Of a stretch of DNA of 64,000 bases, positions 9,001 through 19,313 are shown piece by piece. Made by a program: the position numbers and the translations under genes. This DNA is from an uncultured Trueperaceae bacterium (GTDB lineage: Bacteria; Deinococcota; Deinococci; Deinococcales; Trueperaceae), in contig CAVSGP010000004.1 of assembly GCA_963727505.1 (NCBI GenBank), forward strand, positions 512,001-576,000. Reading direction: 5' to 3'. Positions within the stretch are counted from its first letter, which is position 1. Each line of letters starts with the position of its first letter. The notes below the pieces were generated by a model. It searched no databases. It saw only the letters and a program-made list of their open reading frames with translations, and had not been told where the DNA came from.

Positions 9001-11064
9001 TCAGCTCGCCAGCGGAGTCGGCTCGCCTTCGGGCTCGACGCCCAGGTTGCGGCGGATGAGCGCGTCGACATCGGGGCCGCGCCCCATGAAACGCTCGAAC
9101 AGGACCATCGGGTCGTCGCTGTCGGCCTTCGATAGCACCGCGTCGACGAAGGCGCGTCCGGTGTCGGCGTTGAAGATGCCCTCGCGCTGGAAACGGCTGA
9201 AGGCGTCGGCGTCGAGCACCTCGCTCCACTTGTAGCTGTAGTACCCGGCCGCGTAGCCCGACGAGAAGATATGGCTGAACGACGTCAGGAACTGGTTGTG
9301 TGCGAACTCCGGGCGCATGACGAACGGCTCCATCACGTGCTGGCCGAAGGCGACCGGATCACCGCCGAGCAGCGGATCGTAGTCGACGTGGAGCGCCAGG
9401 TCCACGCTGCCGAGGCTGAGCTGACGCATCTGCGCGGCGGCCGCCAGGAAGGTGCGGCTGCCCGAAAGGCGTGCGAACAGGTCGTCGGGGATGGGATCGC
9501 CCGTCTCCACGTGGTGGGCGAACAGATCCAGCCCTTCGCGCTCCCACGCCCAGTTCTCCAGGAGCTGCGAAGGGAGCTCGACGAAGTCCCAGGCAACGCT
9601 CCCCAGGCTGCCGCGGCCAGGGACCTCCACGCGACCGAGCACGTGGTGCAGCAGGTGGCCGAACTCGTGGAAGAGGGTGGTCACCTCGTCGTGCGTCAGC
9701 ATCGCCGGCTGCCCGTCGGTGGGTGGCGTGATGTTGGCGGCGATGGCGCCGACGTGCGGCGCGAAGGAGGACCCTTCCGGGCCCCCGGTGATCATCGGGT
9801 TCATCCAGGCGCCGTCGCGCTTCGACGCGCGCGGGTGCCAGTCGGCGTAGAAGGTGCCGACGTGCGTGCCTTCGCGGTCGTGCAGGTCGTACACGGCAAC
9901 GTCCGGGTTCCAGGTCGGCACACCGTCGACCGCCCGCACACGGACGCCGAACAGGCGCTCGGCCACCGAGAACATGCCGTCGAGCACACCGTCGAGGGCG
10001 AAGTAGGGGCGCAGCTCCTCCTCGTCGAAGTCGAAGCGCGCGCGCCGGAGCGACTCGGCCACGAAGTCGATGTCCCAGGGCTCGAGCCGCTCGATCCCGA
10101 GTTGGTCCCGCGCGAAATCGTTGAGCGCGCGGACCTCATCGCGGAAATGCGGCAGGGTCTTGCGCGCCAGCTCCCGCTCGAATGCCTGCGCCTCGGCCCC
10201 GCTCTTGAGCATGCGGTCCTCGAGCTGGAGGTCGGCGAAATCGCGGTAGCCAAGGAGCCGCGCCAGCCGGCGACGCCGATCGAGGATGGCGGCGAGGACA
10301 GGGCGGTTGTCGTGCGCCCCGCCAGCAGCACGCCCCGTGAAGGCCTGGTAGAGCTGCCGCCTGCGATCCCGCGCGGTGGCGAACTTCATGAACGACCGGT
10401 ACGAGGGCGCCTGCAGCGTGAAGCGGTAGCCTTCCTTGCCGTGCGCCTCGGCGTCGAGGCGCGCGCGGCGGCGCACGCCGGGCGGCAATCCGCACAGCTC
10501 CGCCTCGTCGGTCAGCACCATCGAGAAGGCGTTGGTCGCGTCCAGAACGTTCTCGCTGAAGCGCGTCGAGAGCCGCGACAGCTCCACGCGTAGGGCACCT
10601 GCTCGCTCGCGCTCCTGCTCGGGAAGGTCGGCTCCGGCCTGCCGGAACTCCTGCAGCGTCTTCTCCAGGTGCCGGCGGCGGACACCCGTCAGGGCGCGTG
10701 CATCGTCGGTCTCCGCGTACGCCTTCAGCGCCGCCCAAAGGCCGGCATGGGTCGCGATGCTCGCCATGAACCCCGAGTAGACGGGGAGCGCCTCGTTGTA
10801 GGCGCGCCGGAGTTCGGGTGAGCTTCGCACCTGCGTGAGATGACGCGCGAAGCCGAACACGCGTGAAGCGCGCTCCACCAGCGCATCGAGCTCCAACAGG
10901 GTGTTCTCGAAGCTGCGCGGGCCGCCGGCGTGTGCAAGCTCCTCGAGCTCGCGTGAGGCGGTCGCGACCGCCTCACGGACCGCGGGCACGACGTCCTCCG
11001 CGGTCATGGTCTCGAAGGGTGGCGGTACGGCCCGGGACAGGAAGGGGTTCTCGTTCATCGACAC
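9001..11064 (-). CDS. prlC: M3 family oligopeptidase A
   Basis: LFHEFGHLLH, WDFVELPSQ, GYAAGYYSYKWSEVLDAD. Confidence 0.9.
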   Translation of the reverse strand: MSMNENPFLSRAVPPPFETMTAEDVVPAVREAVATASRELEELAHAGGPRSFENTLLELDALVERASRVFGFARHLTQVRSSPELRRAYNEALPVYSGFMASIATHAGLWAALKAYAETDDARALTGVRRRHLEKTLQEFRQAGADLPEQERERAGALRVELSRLSTRFSENVLDATNAFSMVLTDEAELCGLPPGVRRRARLDAEAHGKEGYRFTLQAPSYRSFMKFATARDRRRQLYQAFTGRAAGGAHDNRPVLAAILDRRRRLARLLGYRDFADLQLEDRMLKSGAEAQAFERELARKTLPHFRDEVRALNDFARDQLGIERLEPWDIDFVAESLRRARFDFDEEELRPYFALDGVLDGMFSVAERLFGVRVRAVDGVPTWNPDVAVYDLHDREGTHVGTFYADWHPRASKRDGAWMNPMITGGPEGSSFAPHVGAIAANITPPTDGQPAMLTHDEVTTLFHEFGHLLHHVLGRVEVPGRGSLGSVAWDFVELPSQLLENWAWEREGLDLFAHHVETGDPIPDDLFARLSGSRTFLAAAAQMRQLSLGSVDLALHVDYDPLLGGDPVAFGQHVMEPFVMRPEFAHNQFLTSFSHIFSSGYAAGYYSYKWSEVLDADAFSRFQREGIFNADTGRAFVDAVLSKADSDDPMVLFERFMGRGPDVDALIRRNLGVEPEGEPTPLAS

Positions 11065-11130
11065 TCCTCAGCCTCCAACAACCCGGACAGTCTACCTGCG
11101 CACCCCGCGCGGGGGAACGACCCTTCAATG

Positions 11131-13275
11131 TCAGGCGAAGGCCGGCACGTACTCCGCGGGCACCGCTTGGCTGAAAAGGAAACCCTGCCCCTCGTCGCAC
11201 GCGAGGGTGCGAAGCAGCGCGTTCTGCTCGCGCGTCTCGATCCCCTCCGCGGTGACGGTCAGGCGCAGGCTCTTGCCGAGGGCGATGATCGCTCGGATCA
11301 GCTCCACGTCCTCCCCGACCTCGCGACCGCTGAGCCTCCCGACGAAGCTGCGGTCGATCTTCAGACCGTCGAGCGGCATCCCCCGCAACAGCGATAGCGA
11401 CGCGTTCGCCACGCCGAAGTCGTCGAGCGCAACGTGCATGCCCATGCTGCGAAGCTCGTGGAGGTGGGGGTCGGCGGCCTCCAGGGTGCTGGCGCCTGTC
11501 CGTTCGTTGATCTCGATCTCCAGCAGACCGGGGTGCAGGTCGTAGCGGGTGAGCACACCCTGCACCCGGCGCGTGAAGTCCTCGTCCTCCAGCGCCTGCG
11601 GACTGACGTTCACGGCTACGCGACGTGAGGTCCGTTGCTGCTGCCAGCGTTTGGCCTGGGCACAGGCGCGCTCCAGGACCCACTCGAACAGGTCCCCGCC
11701 GAGGCGGGCCTCCTCGGCGAGCGGCACGAAGGCGGCAGGCTTGAGCAATCCGCGCTCCGGGTGCTCCCAGCGCACGAGCGCCTCCACGCTGGTGATCGAT
11801 CCGGTCTGCAGCTCCACGCGCGGCTGGTAGTGGAGGACGAGCTGATCCTCCAGCAACGCCCGCCGCAACTCCTTCTCGAGCCCCGAACGCTCGCGCATGG
11901 CCGCGTCGAACCCCTGCCGGTAGAAGCGGTAGTCGCCGCGTTGGTGTTCCTTGGCATCCTCCAGGGCCATCCGGGCATGGTCGATCAGCTCGGCTGCGCT
12001 GGCCGCGCCCTCCGGGTAGAGCTCGACGCCGATGGTAGCGCTGAGCCGCAACGTGGCACCGCGGTCGTGGAACGGATCGGTCACGGTGGCCCGGATCTTG
12101 TCGAGCACCGGCAGAGCCGCGCCCGGCGCAGGCAGGCGCGACAGCAGCACCGCGAAGGTATCGGCGTCCAACCGGGCCAGGGTGTCGCTGCGACGCAAGT
12201 GCCTGCTCAGGCGCCCCCCGACCTCTTGCAGGACCCGATCGCCGCGGTCCGCCCCGAGCGTCTCGTTGAGGAATCGGAAGTCGTCGAGATCGACGAGCGC
12301 CAGCAGCGCGGCGCCGCCTTCGCGCCGGGTCTGGTAGAGCGCCTGCTGGATCCGGTCCTCGAGGAGGTAGCGGTTGGGCAGCCCGGTGAGGGCGTCGAAG
12401 TGCGCGCCGCGCCACAGTTCGGCGGTCACCTTCCTGTTGGCCGTGACGTCGCGCACGACACCGTATACGCCGCGCACGCCGGCCTCCTGCCCCTCCCAGT
12501 GCACCATGGCGAAGTCCTCCACCCAGAGCACGCGCCCCCCCTTGGTGCGAAGACGGTAGGCATGATGCCGCTCGCGCTGCGCGGCCAGGCTGTGGAGCGA
12601 CGCCTCGAAGGTCTCGCGATCATCGTCCACAACGAGCTCACCAGGCCCCATCGCCAGGACTTCCGCGACCTCGTATCCGGTCACCGCGGAGCACGCCGGA
12701 CTCACCCACGACCAGCGCGCCACACCGTCGTGGTCGAGGAGGAGGGCGTACGCGAACGACGCCCCCTGGCCCTGCATGCGAGCGGCGAGCGCGCTACGGG
12801 CTGCCTCGGCCCCGGCCGCGTGCGTGGAGACGGTCACGTCCCGCTGGAGCACCAGCAAGTGCCGGGGGCGGCCGTCCGGGCCCGGGATCGGCAGGTGCCG
12901 CTGCTCGTTGTAGAACAGCTCGCCGTCCTTGCGGTAGTTGCGGAAGGTGACGGTCGCCGGCAGCCCGCCGTCGAGCGCTTCCTTGATGCGCTCGTTGGCG
13001 TCCTGATCGCTGTCGTCACGCTGCAGGAAGCCCAGGTTGCGGCCCGTCGCCTCTTCGGGTCGGTACCCCGTCAGCTCCCCGAACGCCTCGCTGGCGTGCA
13101 CCACCGGGTGGCCGACCTGGGTCAGGTCGGAGACCGTGAAGCAGGCCTCGCCGAACAGGCGCTGCACCATCTCCACCACTTCCGAGGTCTCCGCCGCAGC
13201 GGATCCCGTGGCCAGCTTCACCAGCGTGGCGCGATCGTTCGTCGCGCTTTCGGCCTTCATGGAACCTGCACCCAT
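11131..13275 (-). CDS. LOV-like PAS / PAS / degenerate GGDEF / EAL protein, probable c-di-GMP phosphodiesterase
   Basis: GRNLGFLQ and RNYRKDG; DADTF at the GGDEF position; EALVRW, DDFG, KIDRSF, AEGIE. Start may be the ATG at 13260. Confidence 0.9.
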   Translation of the reverse strand: MGAGSMKAESATNDRATLVKLATGSAAAETSEVVEMVQRLFGEACFTVSDLTQVGHPVVHASEAFGELTGYRPEEATGRNLGFLQRDDSDQDANERIKEALDGGLPATVTFRNYRKDGELFYNEQRHLPIPGPDGRPRHLLVLQRDVTVSTHAAGAEAARSALAARMQGQGASFAYALLLDHDGVARWSWVSPACSAVTGYEVAEVLAMGPGELVVDDDRETFEASLHSLAAQRERHHAYRLRTKGGRVLWVEDFAMVHWEGQEAGVRGVYGVVRDVTANRKVTAELWRGAHFDALTGLPNRYLLEDRIQQALYQTRREGGAALLALVDLDDFRFLNETLGADRGDRVLQEVGGRLSRHLRRSDTLARLDADTFAVLLSRLPAPGAALPVLDKIRATVTDPFHDRGATLRLSATIGVELYPEGAASAAELIDHARMALEDAKEHQRGDYRFYRQGFDAAMRERSGLEKELRRALLEDQLVLHYQPRVELQTGSITSVEALVRWEHPERGLLKPAAFVPLAEEARLGGDLFEWVLERACAQAKRWQQQRTSRRVAVNVSPQALEDEDFTRRVQGVLTRYDLHPGLLEIEINERTGASTLEAADPHLHELRSMGMHVALDDFGVANASLSLLRGMPLDGLKIDRSFVGRLSGREVGEDVELIRAIIALGKSLRLTVTAEGIETREQNALLRTLACDEGQGFLFSQAVPAEYVPAFA

Positions 13276-13528
13276 CCTCCGTACGGCCCGGTTACCGCCG
13301 CTGGCGGCAACCGGGCGCCGAGGCCACGGACGAACGTCTGCGTCGGGGCTCCCATCCGCCGACCGCTCAACTCCCGTGCCCTCTCATCTCTTCCGAGCCC
13401 GACCGTACCATCTCATGCCCGCCCGATCCGTGACAAATCTCTGACACAGAGGGCGTTCCTGGCGTATAGAACGCGGGCAGGCGGGGGACGCCGGGGCCGT
13501 CCGGCGCACCCGCGCTCCCGGTGCGGCA

Positions 13529-14212
13529 TCAGTCGTGGTCGACCTCGCCAAGCATCAGTCGCGCCAGGTCGCGCGAGATCGACAACCGTTCGTCGCCCAG
13601 CACAACGGTCAACAGCTCTCCTACCGGCTCCTTGGCCTGCACGCGCAACCGAGAGCCGGGGTGGACACCCAGCTCGGTGACGTAGGCGAGGACCTCGGGG
13701 TCCTGGCTCAGGATGCGCGAGACGGTGAACCACTGCCCCACCGCCACATCACACAGCCCCGTGCTCGGCGTCGAAGGTACGCTTCCGTCGTCGCGGGGGA
13801 TGGGATCGCCGTGCGGATCGTGCGTCGGCTGGCCCAGGTGATCGGCCAGACGCTCGGTGAACCGCCCCGACATCACATGCTCCATCGCCTCCGCTTCCTC
13901 GTGGACTTCGTCCCAGCTGTAGCCGAGGTCGCGGATGAGGAAGGTCTCCAGGAGCCGGTGGCGCCGGATGAGGCGCAGCGCCTCGGCGCGACCGGCGACG
14001 CTGAGTTGCGCCCCGTAGTAAGGACGGTACCGGATGAGCCCCATGCGCTTCAGCTTGCCGAGCATGCCCGTGACCGACGACGCCTTGACGCCCAGCGCAC
14101 GTGCGATGTCCCCCGTTGCGGCCGGCTCGTCGCGTGCGATCACCCAGATCGCCTTGAGATAATCGCCGACCGATGTCGACAGCGACGCCTTTCCGGGCTT
14201 CTCCTTGGTCAC
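13529..14212 (-). CDS. DtxR/MntR family metal-dependent regulator with FeoA domain
   Basis: DYLKAI, RRHRLLETFL, HEEAEAMEH, HDPHGDPIP; GTG start inferred. Confidence 0.9.
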   Translation of the reverse strand: MTKEKPGKASLSTSVGDYLKAIWVIARDEPAATGDIARALGVKASSVTGMLGKLKRMGLIRYRPYYGAQLSVAGRAEALRLIRRHRLLETFLIRDLGYSWDEVHEEAEAMEHVMSGRFTERLADHLGQPTHDPHGDPIPRDDGSVPSTPSTGLCDVAVGQWFTVSRILSQDPEVLAYVTELGVHPGSRLRVQAKEPVGELLTVVLGDERLSISRDLARLMLGEVDHD

Positions 14213-14220
14213 ACCGAAGT

Positions 14221-15168
14221 CTACGGGCTGCGCCCAGGGCCTGCAACCGACCCGAGGGCAGCCGGCTCGCGGAGTTCGGCCTCCTGCAAGAGGCGCTCCA
14301 CCAGCTCGCGGGCCGCCCGCGAAGCCAGCTCGGGTGGACGGTGGAGGAGCGTGAGCGGACGCACCAACGCCTCGGACGCCAACGGCACGACGCGCAGCGC
14401 GCCCGCCTCCACTTCCCGACGGACCGCGGACTCCGACAGGAACCCGGCCCCGAGCCCCGCCAGCACCGCTTGCTTGACGGTATCGAGGCCCGTTGCCTCC
14501 AGCGCCGTCGCCACCGTCACACCGGCACTCGCCAGGGCCCGGTCCACCACCTCCCGGGTGCCGGATCCGAGTTCGCGGCGCACCACCTCCAGGCCCTGCA
14601 ACCGCGGCAAGGGCAGCGCTGCGTCCGCCTGCAGCGGGTGGTCGGGGCGCACCACCAGCACCAGCCGGTCGACCCCGTAGAGCGCGGCCTTCACGTTGGC
14701 CGGAGGTTCGCCCACCGGGCCCTCGACGATCGCCAGATCGGCCTCGCCCGCGGCGAGCAGCGTCACGGCGTCGGCCGAATTGCGGGTCAGGAGTGCGATG
14801 CGCAGGGCCGGGAAGGCCTCCCGAAAACGCGCCAGCGCCGCAGGCAAGCGGTAGACGGCCACGGTCATGCTGGCGGCGATCCGCAATGTGCCACGGAGAA
14901 GCCCCCCCTGCTCGTCGGACCAGCGCTGCGCGCCCTCGATCGCGTTCGTCACCGCCCGGGCGTAGGGCAGGAGTGCCTTCCCCGCTTCGGTGAGGCGCAC
15001 GCCGTGCCGGTGGCGACGGTAGAGCGGCTCGCCGACGGCATCGGTGAGCTTTCGAAGCTGGGCCGAGAGGGCGGGCTGTGTGCGGTGCAGCCGCTCTGCG
15101 GCCGCCGACACGCTTCCCGCCTCGGCCACCCGCGCGAACACGATGAGCGGCTCGGGCTCGATGCGCAT
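14221..15168 (-). CDS. LysR family regulator (YeiE/CysL-like)
   Basis: GSVSAAAERLHRTQPALS HTH; RRELGSGTRE; divergent from a YeiH-like gene. Confidence 0.9.
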   Translation of the reverse strand: MRIEPEPLIVFARVAEAGSVSAAAERLHRTQPALSAQLRKLTDAVGEPLYRRHRHGVRLTEAGKALLPYARAVTNAIEGAQRWSDEQGGLLRGTLRIAASMTVAVYRLPAALARFREAFPALRIALLTRNSADAVTLLAAGEADLAIVEGPVGEPPANVKAALYGVDRLVLVVRPDHPLQADAALPLPRLQGLEVVRRELGSGTREVVDRALASAGVTVATALEATGLDTVKQAVLAGLGAGFLSESAVRREVEAGALRVVPLASEALVRPLTLLHRPPELASRAARELVERLLQEAELREPAALGSVAGPGRSP

Positions 15169-15248
15169 GACCTATTATAAGCACCCTCTATATGACCTAC
15201 TCCTATATCAACTTTGATTTATGGGGCAGATGAGCCTACACTCCCCGG

Positions 15249-16289
15249 ATGCGCCTGCTCGCACCCCCTTCGCTGCCCGCCCCGGCCACGCTTCGCGCCC
15301 TTCCCCGCGGCCTCCTCCTGACCGGCGCCCTGGCCCTCGCCGCCAGCCTGGCTGCGCGCCTTCCGGGGCTCGCCACCCTGGGGCCGCTCGGCATCGCCAT
15401 GCTCCTCGGCGTCCTGTGGCGCACCACGGCCGGCCTCGGCGTCTCCCTGGTCCCGGGCACCACGTTCGCCGCGCGCACGTTGCTGCGCCTGGGGGTCGTG
15501 TTGCTCGGCGTCCGGCTGGACTTCGCGCTGCTGCTGAGCGCCGGACCACGTGTTCTCTCCCTCGACCTGCTCGTCGTGGTGATCGGCACGCTCGCCATGG
15601 AGCGTTTCGGCAAGATGCTCGGGCTCGGGCGCGGGCTCCGGCTCGGCCTGGCGCTCGGTTCGTGCATCTGCGGCGCCGCTGCGATCGCCGCGGCCGCACC
15701 GATCATCCGCGCTAGCGACGACGACGTGTCGGTGTCGGTCGGCATCGTGAGCCTGCTAGGGACCGTAGGAGTCGTAGGGTTCGCCGTGCTCGCCCCTCTC
15801 CTGGGCATGAGCGTCCAGCGCTACGGCCTCATGACCGGGGCCACCCTGCACGAAGTAGCGCAGGTCCTGGCCGCGGGCGCCGCGCACGGCGCCCGCGCCC
15901 TCGACCTGGCCACCATCACGAAGTTGACGAGGGTGGCCCTGCTAGCGCCCACACTGCTCGTGGTCGGAACCGTCCTGCGCCGCCGCGATGCTGCCGGCAC
16001 CGGCGGCGCGTCCGGCGCGATGCGGCGGCCACCCTTGTTGCCCGGCTTCCTGATCGGCTTCCTGGCGCTTGGAGCGCTCCGCAGCGCCGGCCTGGTGCCG
16101 GCCCCGATGGTGCCGTTGTTGCAGACCGGAAGTACCGTCCTGATGACGGCCGCCATGGCCGGCATCGGACTGGCCGTCGACCTTCGGGTCGTTCGCAGGA
16201 TCGGCGCTCCCGCCGTCGTGCTCGCCATCGCGGGCTTCGCCCTGACGCTGAGCATCGCGACCATGGCCACGCTCGGACTCCCGGGCTGA
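15249..16289 (+). CDS. YeiH family putative sulfate/sulfite exporter
   Basis: Polytopic membrane protein; GSCICGAAAIAA, GATLHEVAQV, KLTRV. Confidence 0.85.
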   Translation: MRLLAPPSLPAPATLRALPRGLLLTGALALAASLAARLPGLATLGPLGIAMLLGVLWRTTAGLGVSLVPGTTFAARTLLRLGVVLLGVRLDFALLLSAGPRVLSLDLLVVVIGTLAMERFGKMLGLGRGLRLGLALGSCICGAAAIAAAAPIIRASDDDVSVSVGIVSLLGTVGVVGFAVLAPLLGMSVQRYGLMTGATLHEVAQVLAAGAAHGARALDLATITKLTRVALLAPTLLVVGTVLRRRDAAGTGGASGAMRRPPLLPGFLIGFLALGALRSAGLVPAPMVPLLQTGSTVLMTAAMAGIGLAVDLRVVRRIGAPAVVLAIAGFALTLSIATMATLGLPG

Positions 16290-16445
16290 GCGCCTCGCGC
16301 CTGCCGGGAAGGGCGCGAGCGGTCCGCTCGCGGGGCGTGAGGGAAGCACCGTCGCCCTAGCGCGAGACATACCCCCCGTAGGTATTCAATGTGACAGATC
16401 GGCCGTGCCGTCGGGTGCTAGCCTTGAGGCTGGATGGAGGGTGCC

Positions 16446-17471
16446 ATGCCCAAGAGAGAGCAGCAGCACGACGTCGTGATCATCGGCGGCGGACCGGCGG
16501 GTCTCACCGCCGGCATCTACGCCGGGCGCGGCCAGCTCGACACCATCATCATCGAGAAAGGCCTTCCCGGCGGGCAGATCGCTCAGACCGACGAGGTCGA
16601 GAACTACGCCGGGTTCCCCGAAGGCATCACCGGCCCCGAGCTGTCGCAACGCATGGTCCAGCAGGCCGAGAAGTTCGGAGCGTCCATCGTCATGGACGAG
16701 GTCACCGTCGTCGAACGCAAGCCGTCCGGCGGTTTCGTCGTTCGCGGATACGACGCCGACTATCACGCTCGCTCGGTCATCGTCGCCACCGGCGCGAACC
16801 CGCGCCGCCTCGGTGTGCCCGGGGAGGACGAGTTCTACGGGCGCGGTGTCTCGACCTGCGCCACGTGTGACGGCTTCTTCTATCGAGGCAAGCGAGTGGT
16901 CGTGGTCGGTGGGGGGGACGCTGCCATCGAAGAAGGCACGTTCTTGACGAAGTTCGCCGACTCGGTCACGATCGTTCACCGACGCGACGAGCTCCGCGCC
17001 CACAAGGCCGCCCAGGAGCGCGCCATGGCGAACCCGAAGATGCACTTCGTGTGGAACACCGTGGTCACGGAAGTCCTCGGCCAGGACGGTCAAGTCAGTG
17101 GCGTGCGCACACGCGACGTGGCGACGGGCGAGGAAGGCGTGCTCGGGACCGACGGCGTGTTCATCTATGTCGGCCACGAGCCCAACACCGGCTTCGTCGA
17201 GGGCACGGTGCGCCTGCGCGAGAGCGGATACATCGATGTGCGCGACGAGATCTACACCGATGTGGAGGGCCTGTTCGCGGCCGGCGACGTTTCCGACGAA
17301 GTCTACCGGCAGCTAGGGACGTCGGTCGGGGCGGGCACCCGAGCTGCGATGGCCGCCGAACGGTGGCTCGCCGAGCAGGACCAGCCTACGTCGCCACGGC
17401 CCGTCGAGGAGACGGCGAAGACCGATGCACGTCCGAGCCTCGCCTTCAACGTGCCGATCCGCGAAGCCTGA
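16446..17471 (+). CDS. trxB: Thioredoxin-disulfide reductase
   Basis: [29 protein letters not shown]. Confidence 0.95.
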   Translation: MPKREQQHDVVIIGGGPAGLTAGIYAGRGQLDTIIIEKGLPGGQIAQTDEVENYAGFPEGITGPELSQRMVQQAEKFGASIVMDEVTVVERKPSGGFVVRGYDADYHARSVIVATGANPRRLGVPGEDEFYGRGVSTCATCDGFFYRGKRVVVVGGGDAAIEEGTFLTKFADSVTIVHRRDELRAHKAAQERAMANPKMHFVWNTVVTEVLGQDGQVSGVRTRDVATGEEGVLGTDGVFIYVGHEPNTGFVEGTVRLRESGYIDVRDEIYTDVEGLFAAGDVSDEVYRQLGTSVGAGTRAAMAAERWLAEQDQPTSPRPVEETAKTDARPSLAFNVPIREA

Positions 17472-17490
17472 GCGCTCGAGCTCTCCGGCG

Positions 17491-18540
17491 TCAACGCGGC
17501 AGGAAGTCGTAGAACAGGAACGAGCCGCGATAGGCGGTCGCCAGCACATGGCCGTCGGTCCACAGCGGTGTGCCGACGGCCTCGCGCCAGGCCCTGGTAT
17601 CGCTTCCGGTCAGGGTGATGAAGCGTCCGTCCACCTTCGCCGTCCAGCCGTCCCCCTCGAGCGGCCCGACAGCGGGCGCCTCGAGATCGAGCGCCGTGCC
17701 CTTCGGGGCGTCCGGCAGCTCTCCCTTGCCAAGGCCGAGGTACTGCGCCGGACCGTTCTTCGTCATCCCGAGCTCGGGCACGCCCAGGGCGAGCAGCTTG
17801 CTCGCCTCGTTGCCGTTCTGGCCAACCGTGACACGCTCCAGGACCACCAGCCTCGGCACCGCGTCGGTCTGGGGGCGATAGACGGTGGCCTTCACGTCCG
17901 ATAGCGGCAGCCCGAGACCGTCCGCGACCAGCGACAGCACCGACGCCTCGAAGGCGTCGCGGGCCTCGCGACTGTCCTGCTGGTAGTGGTCCGGCCACAA
18001 GGAGAGGTTGCGCAGGCGCGTGACGCTTCCGTCCGCTGCCGGGATGGCCAACCAGGCGTCGAAGGAATCGACCTGGTCGCCCTCGAGCGTGACGTAGCGG
18101 GCTTCCTGCAACGGAGTCGACTGCTGGAGCCGCACCGCCACCCCGCTCCGCCACGGCAGAACACTCACGTCCCGCCCGTCCGGGATGATGCGCGTCAGCA
18201 CCCGGGGCGCCAGCGACACGATGCCCGGCGGGATCGCTTCGGCGAGCGCGGGCACCGGACGGCCGCCCGCCACCGAAGGCATGGAATCGGCGAACACAAG
18301 GGCCGCCTGCCGGTTCGCGAAGGCGCCCACCCTCACGCGGAACACGTCCCCCAACCCGGTGGTCGAGCGCACCACGTAGGCCGGGTAGCCTTCCCCGTTG
18401 AGCTGCGTCTGGAGCGCCAGCGCCGAGTCCTTGTCCGACAAGGCCACCACCTGCACGGTGTAAGAGATAGCCTGGGCCGAGGCCGCCGTCACCAACGCCA
18501 GGAGCGCTGTGAGGGCGGCCGCACGGACACGGAACGCCAC
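17491..18540 (-). CDS. Secreted SPOR-domain protein
   Basis: Signal peptide, then YTVQVVALS...FRVRVGAFANR; GTG start inferred. Confidence 0.75.
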   Translation of the reverse strand: MAFRVRAAALTALLALVTAASAQAISYTVQVVALSDKDSALALQTQLNGEGYPAYVVRSTTGLGDVFRVRVGAFANRQAALVFADSMPSVAGGRPVPALAEAIPPGIVSLAPRVLTRIIPDGRDVSVLPWRSGVAVRLQQSTPLQEARYVTLEGDQVDSFDAWLAIPAADGSVTRLRNLSLWPDHYQQDSREARDAFEASVLSLVADGLGLPLSDVKATVYRPQTDAVPRLVVLERVTVGQNGNEASKLLALGVPELGMTKNGPAQYLGLGKGELPDAPKGTALDLEAPAVGPLEGDGWTAKVDGRFITLTGSDTRAWREAVGTPLWTDGHVLATAYRGSFLFYDFLPR

Positions 18541-19313
18541 TAGAAGTCCTTTCGCTCGAACAGTACGACCGAAACGGCCGCGAAGGCGGCGCAGTAGAAC
18601 GCGATCAGCGCGGCCACCCAACCCATGTTGGCGACCGGCTTGGCATAGGCGTTGAGCTGGGTGGTGAGCAGATACGGCGTGAGTCCCGGGAAGACGACGA
18701 GGAGTTGCATGAAGATCAGCACCGAGAGCGTCGCCAGCGCGCCGCCCGCGGCGTTCATGAACACCACCGTGAACAGCACGCCCAGAAGGCTCACCGGCAC
18801 CAGACTGTAGGCGGCCACGATGTACGCTCCGGCCACCTCGCGCAGAGCGTGCGCAGCCGCCATGGTGCCCTGCCCCAGCAGTCCCGCCTGACCGAGCCCG
18901 GTGCCGCCCACGAAGGAGCCGTAGCCGTAGGGACCACCGGCGAGCAGGGACACGACGAAGAACAGGGCGAGCACCGCGAAGGGGTAGACCGATGCCACCA
19001 ACAACTTGGCGAGTAGCCACTGCGACCGCGACACCGGCCGGAGCAGCACCGTCGGCAGGGTGCCGTTGCTCAGCTCCATGCCGAGGAGCTCCGCGGAGGT
19101 GATCGCCACCAGCAAGGGCAGCAGGAACTGCATGCTCGACAGCAGGCTCAAGGCCGGAACCTGGTATGCCGACACCAGGTAGAAGCCGTAGACGTTGAAG
19201 ATCCCTGGGGCGTACGCCCAGAGGATCGGGAACAGGATCAGCAGGACGACCGAGAAGCGCACGCTCGCGAGGCGGGCGACCTTGCCGAACTCCATGGCCA
19301 GCAGGCTTCTCAC
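18540..19313 (-). CDS. ABC-2 type permease
   Basis: Six hydrophobic segments, ELSNGTLPTVLLRPVSR, C-terminal FERKDF. Confidence 0.85.
   Translation of the reverse strand: MRSLLAMEFGKVARLASVRFSVVLLILFPILWAYAPGIFNVYGFYLVSAYQVPALSLLSSMQFLLPLLVAITSAELLGMELSNGTLPTVLLRPVSRSQWLLAKLLVASVYPFAVLALFFVVSLLAGGPYGYGSFVGGTGLGQAGLLGQGTMAAAHALREVAGAYIVAAYSLVPVSLLGVLFTVVFMNAAGGALATLSVLIFMQLLVVFPGLTPYLLTTQLNAYAKPVANMGWVAALIAFYCAAFAAVSVVLFERKDF

Noticed and set aside
13529..15184. 551-aa ORF as an extended DtxR fusion
   Set aside because: Its N-terminal part is an alternative frame over the LysR gene; the DtxR domain starts near 14212
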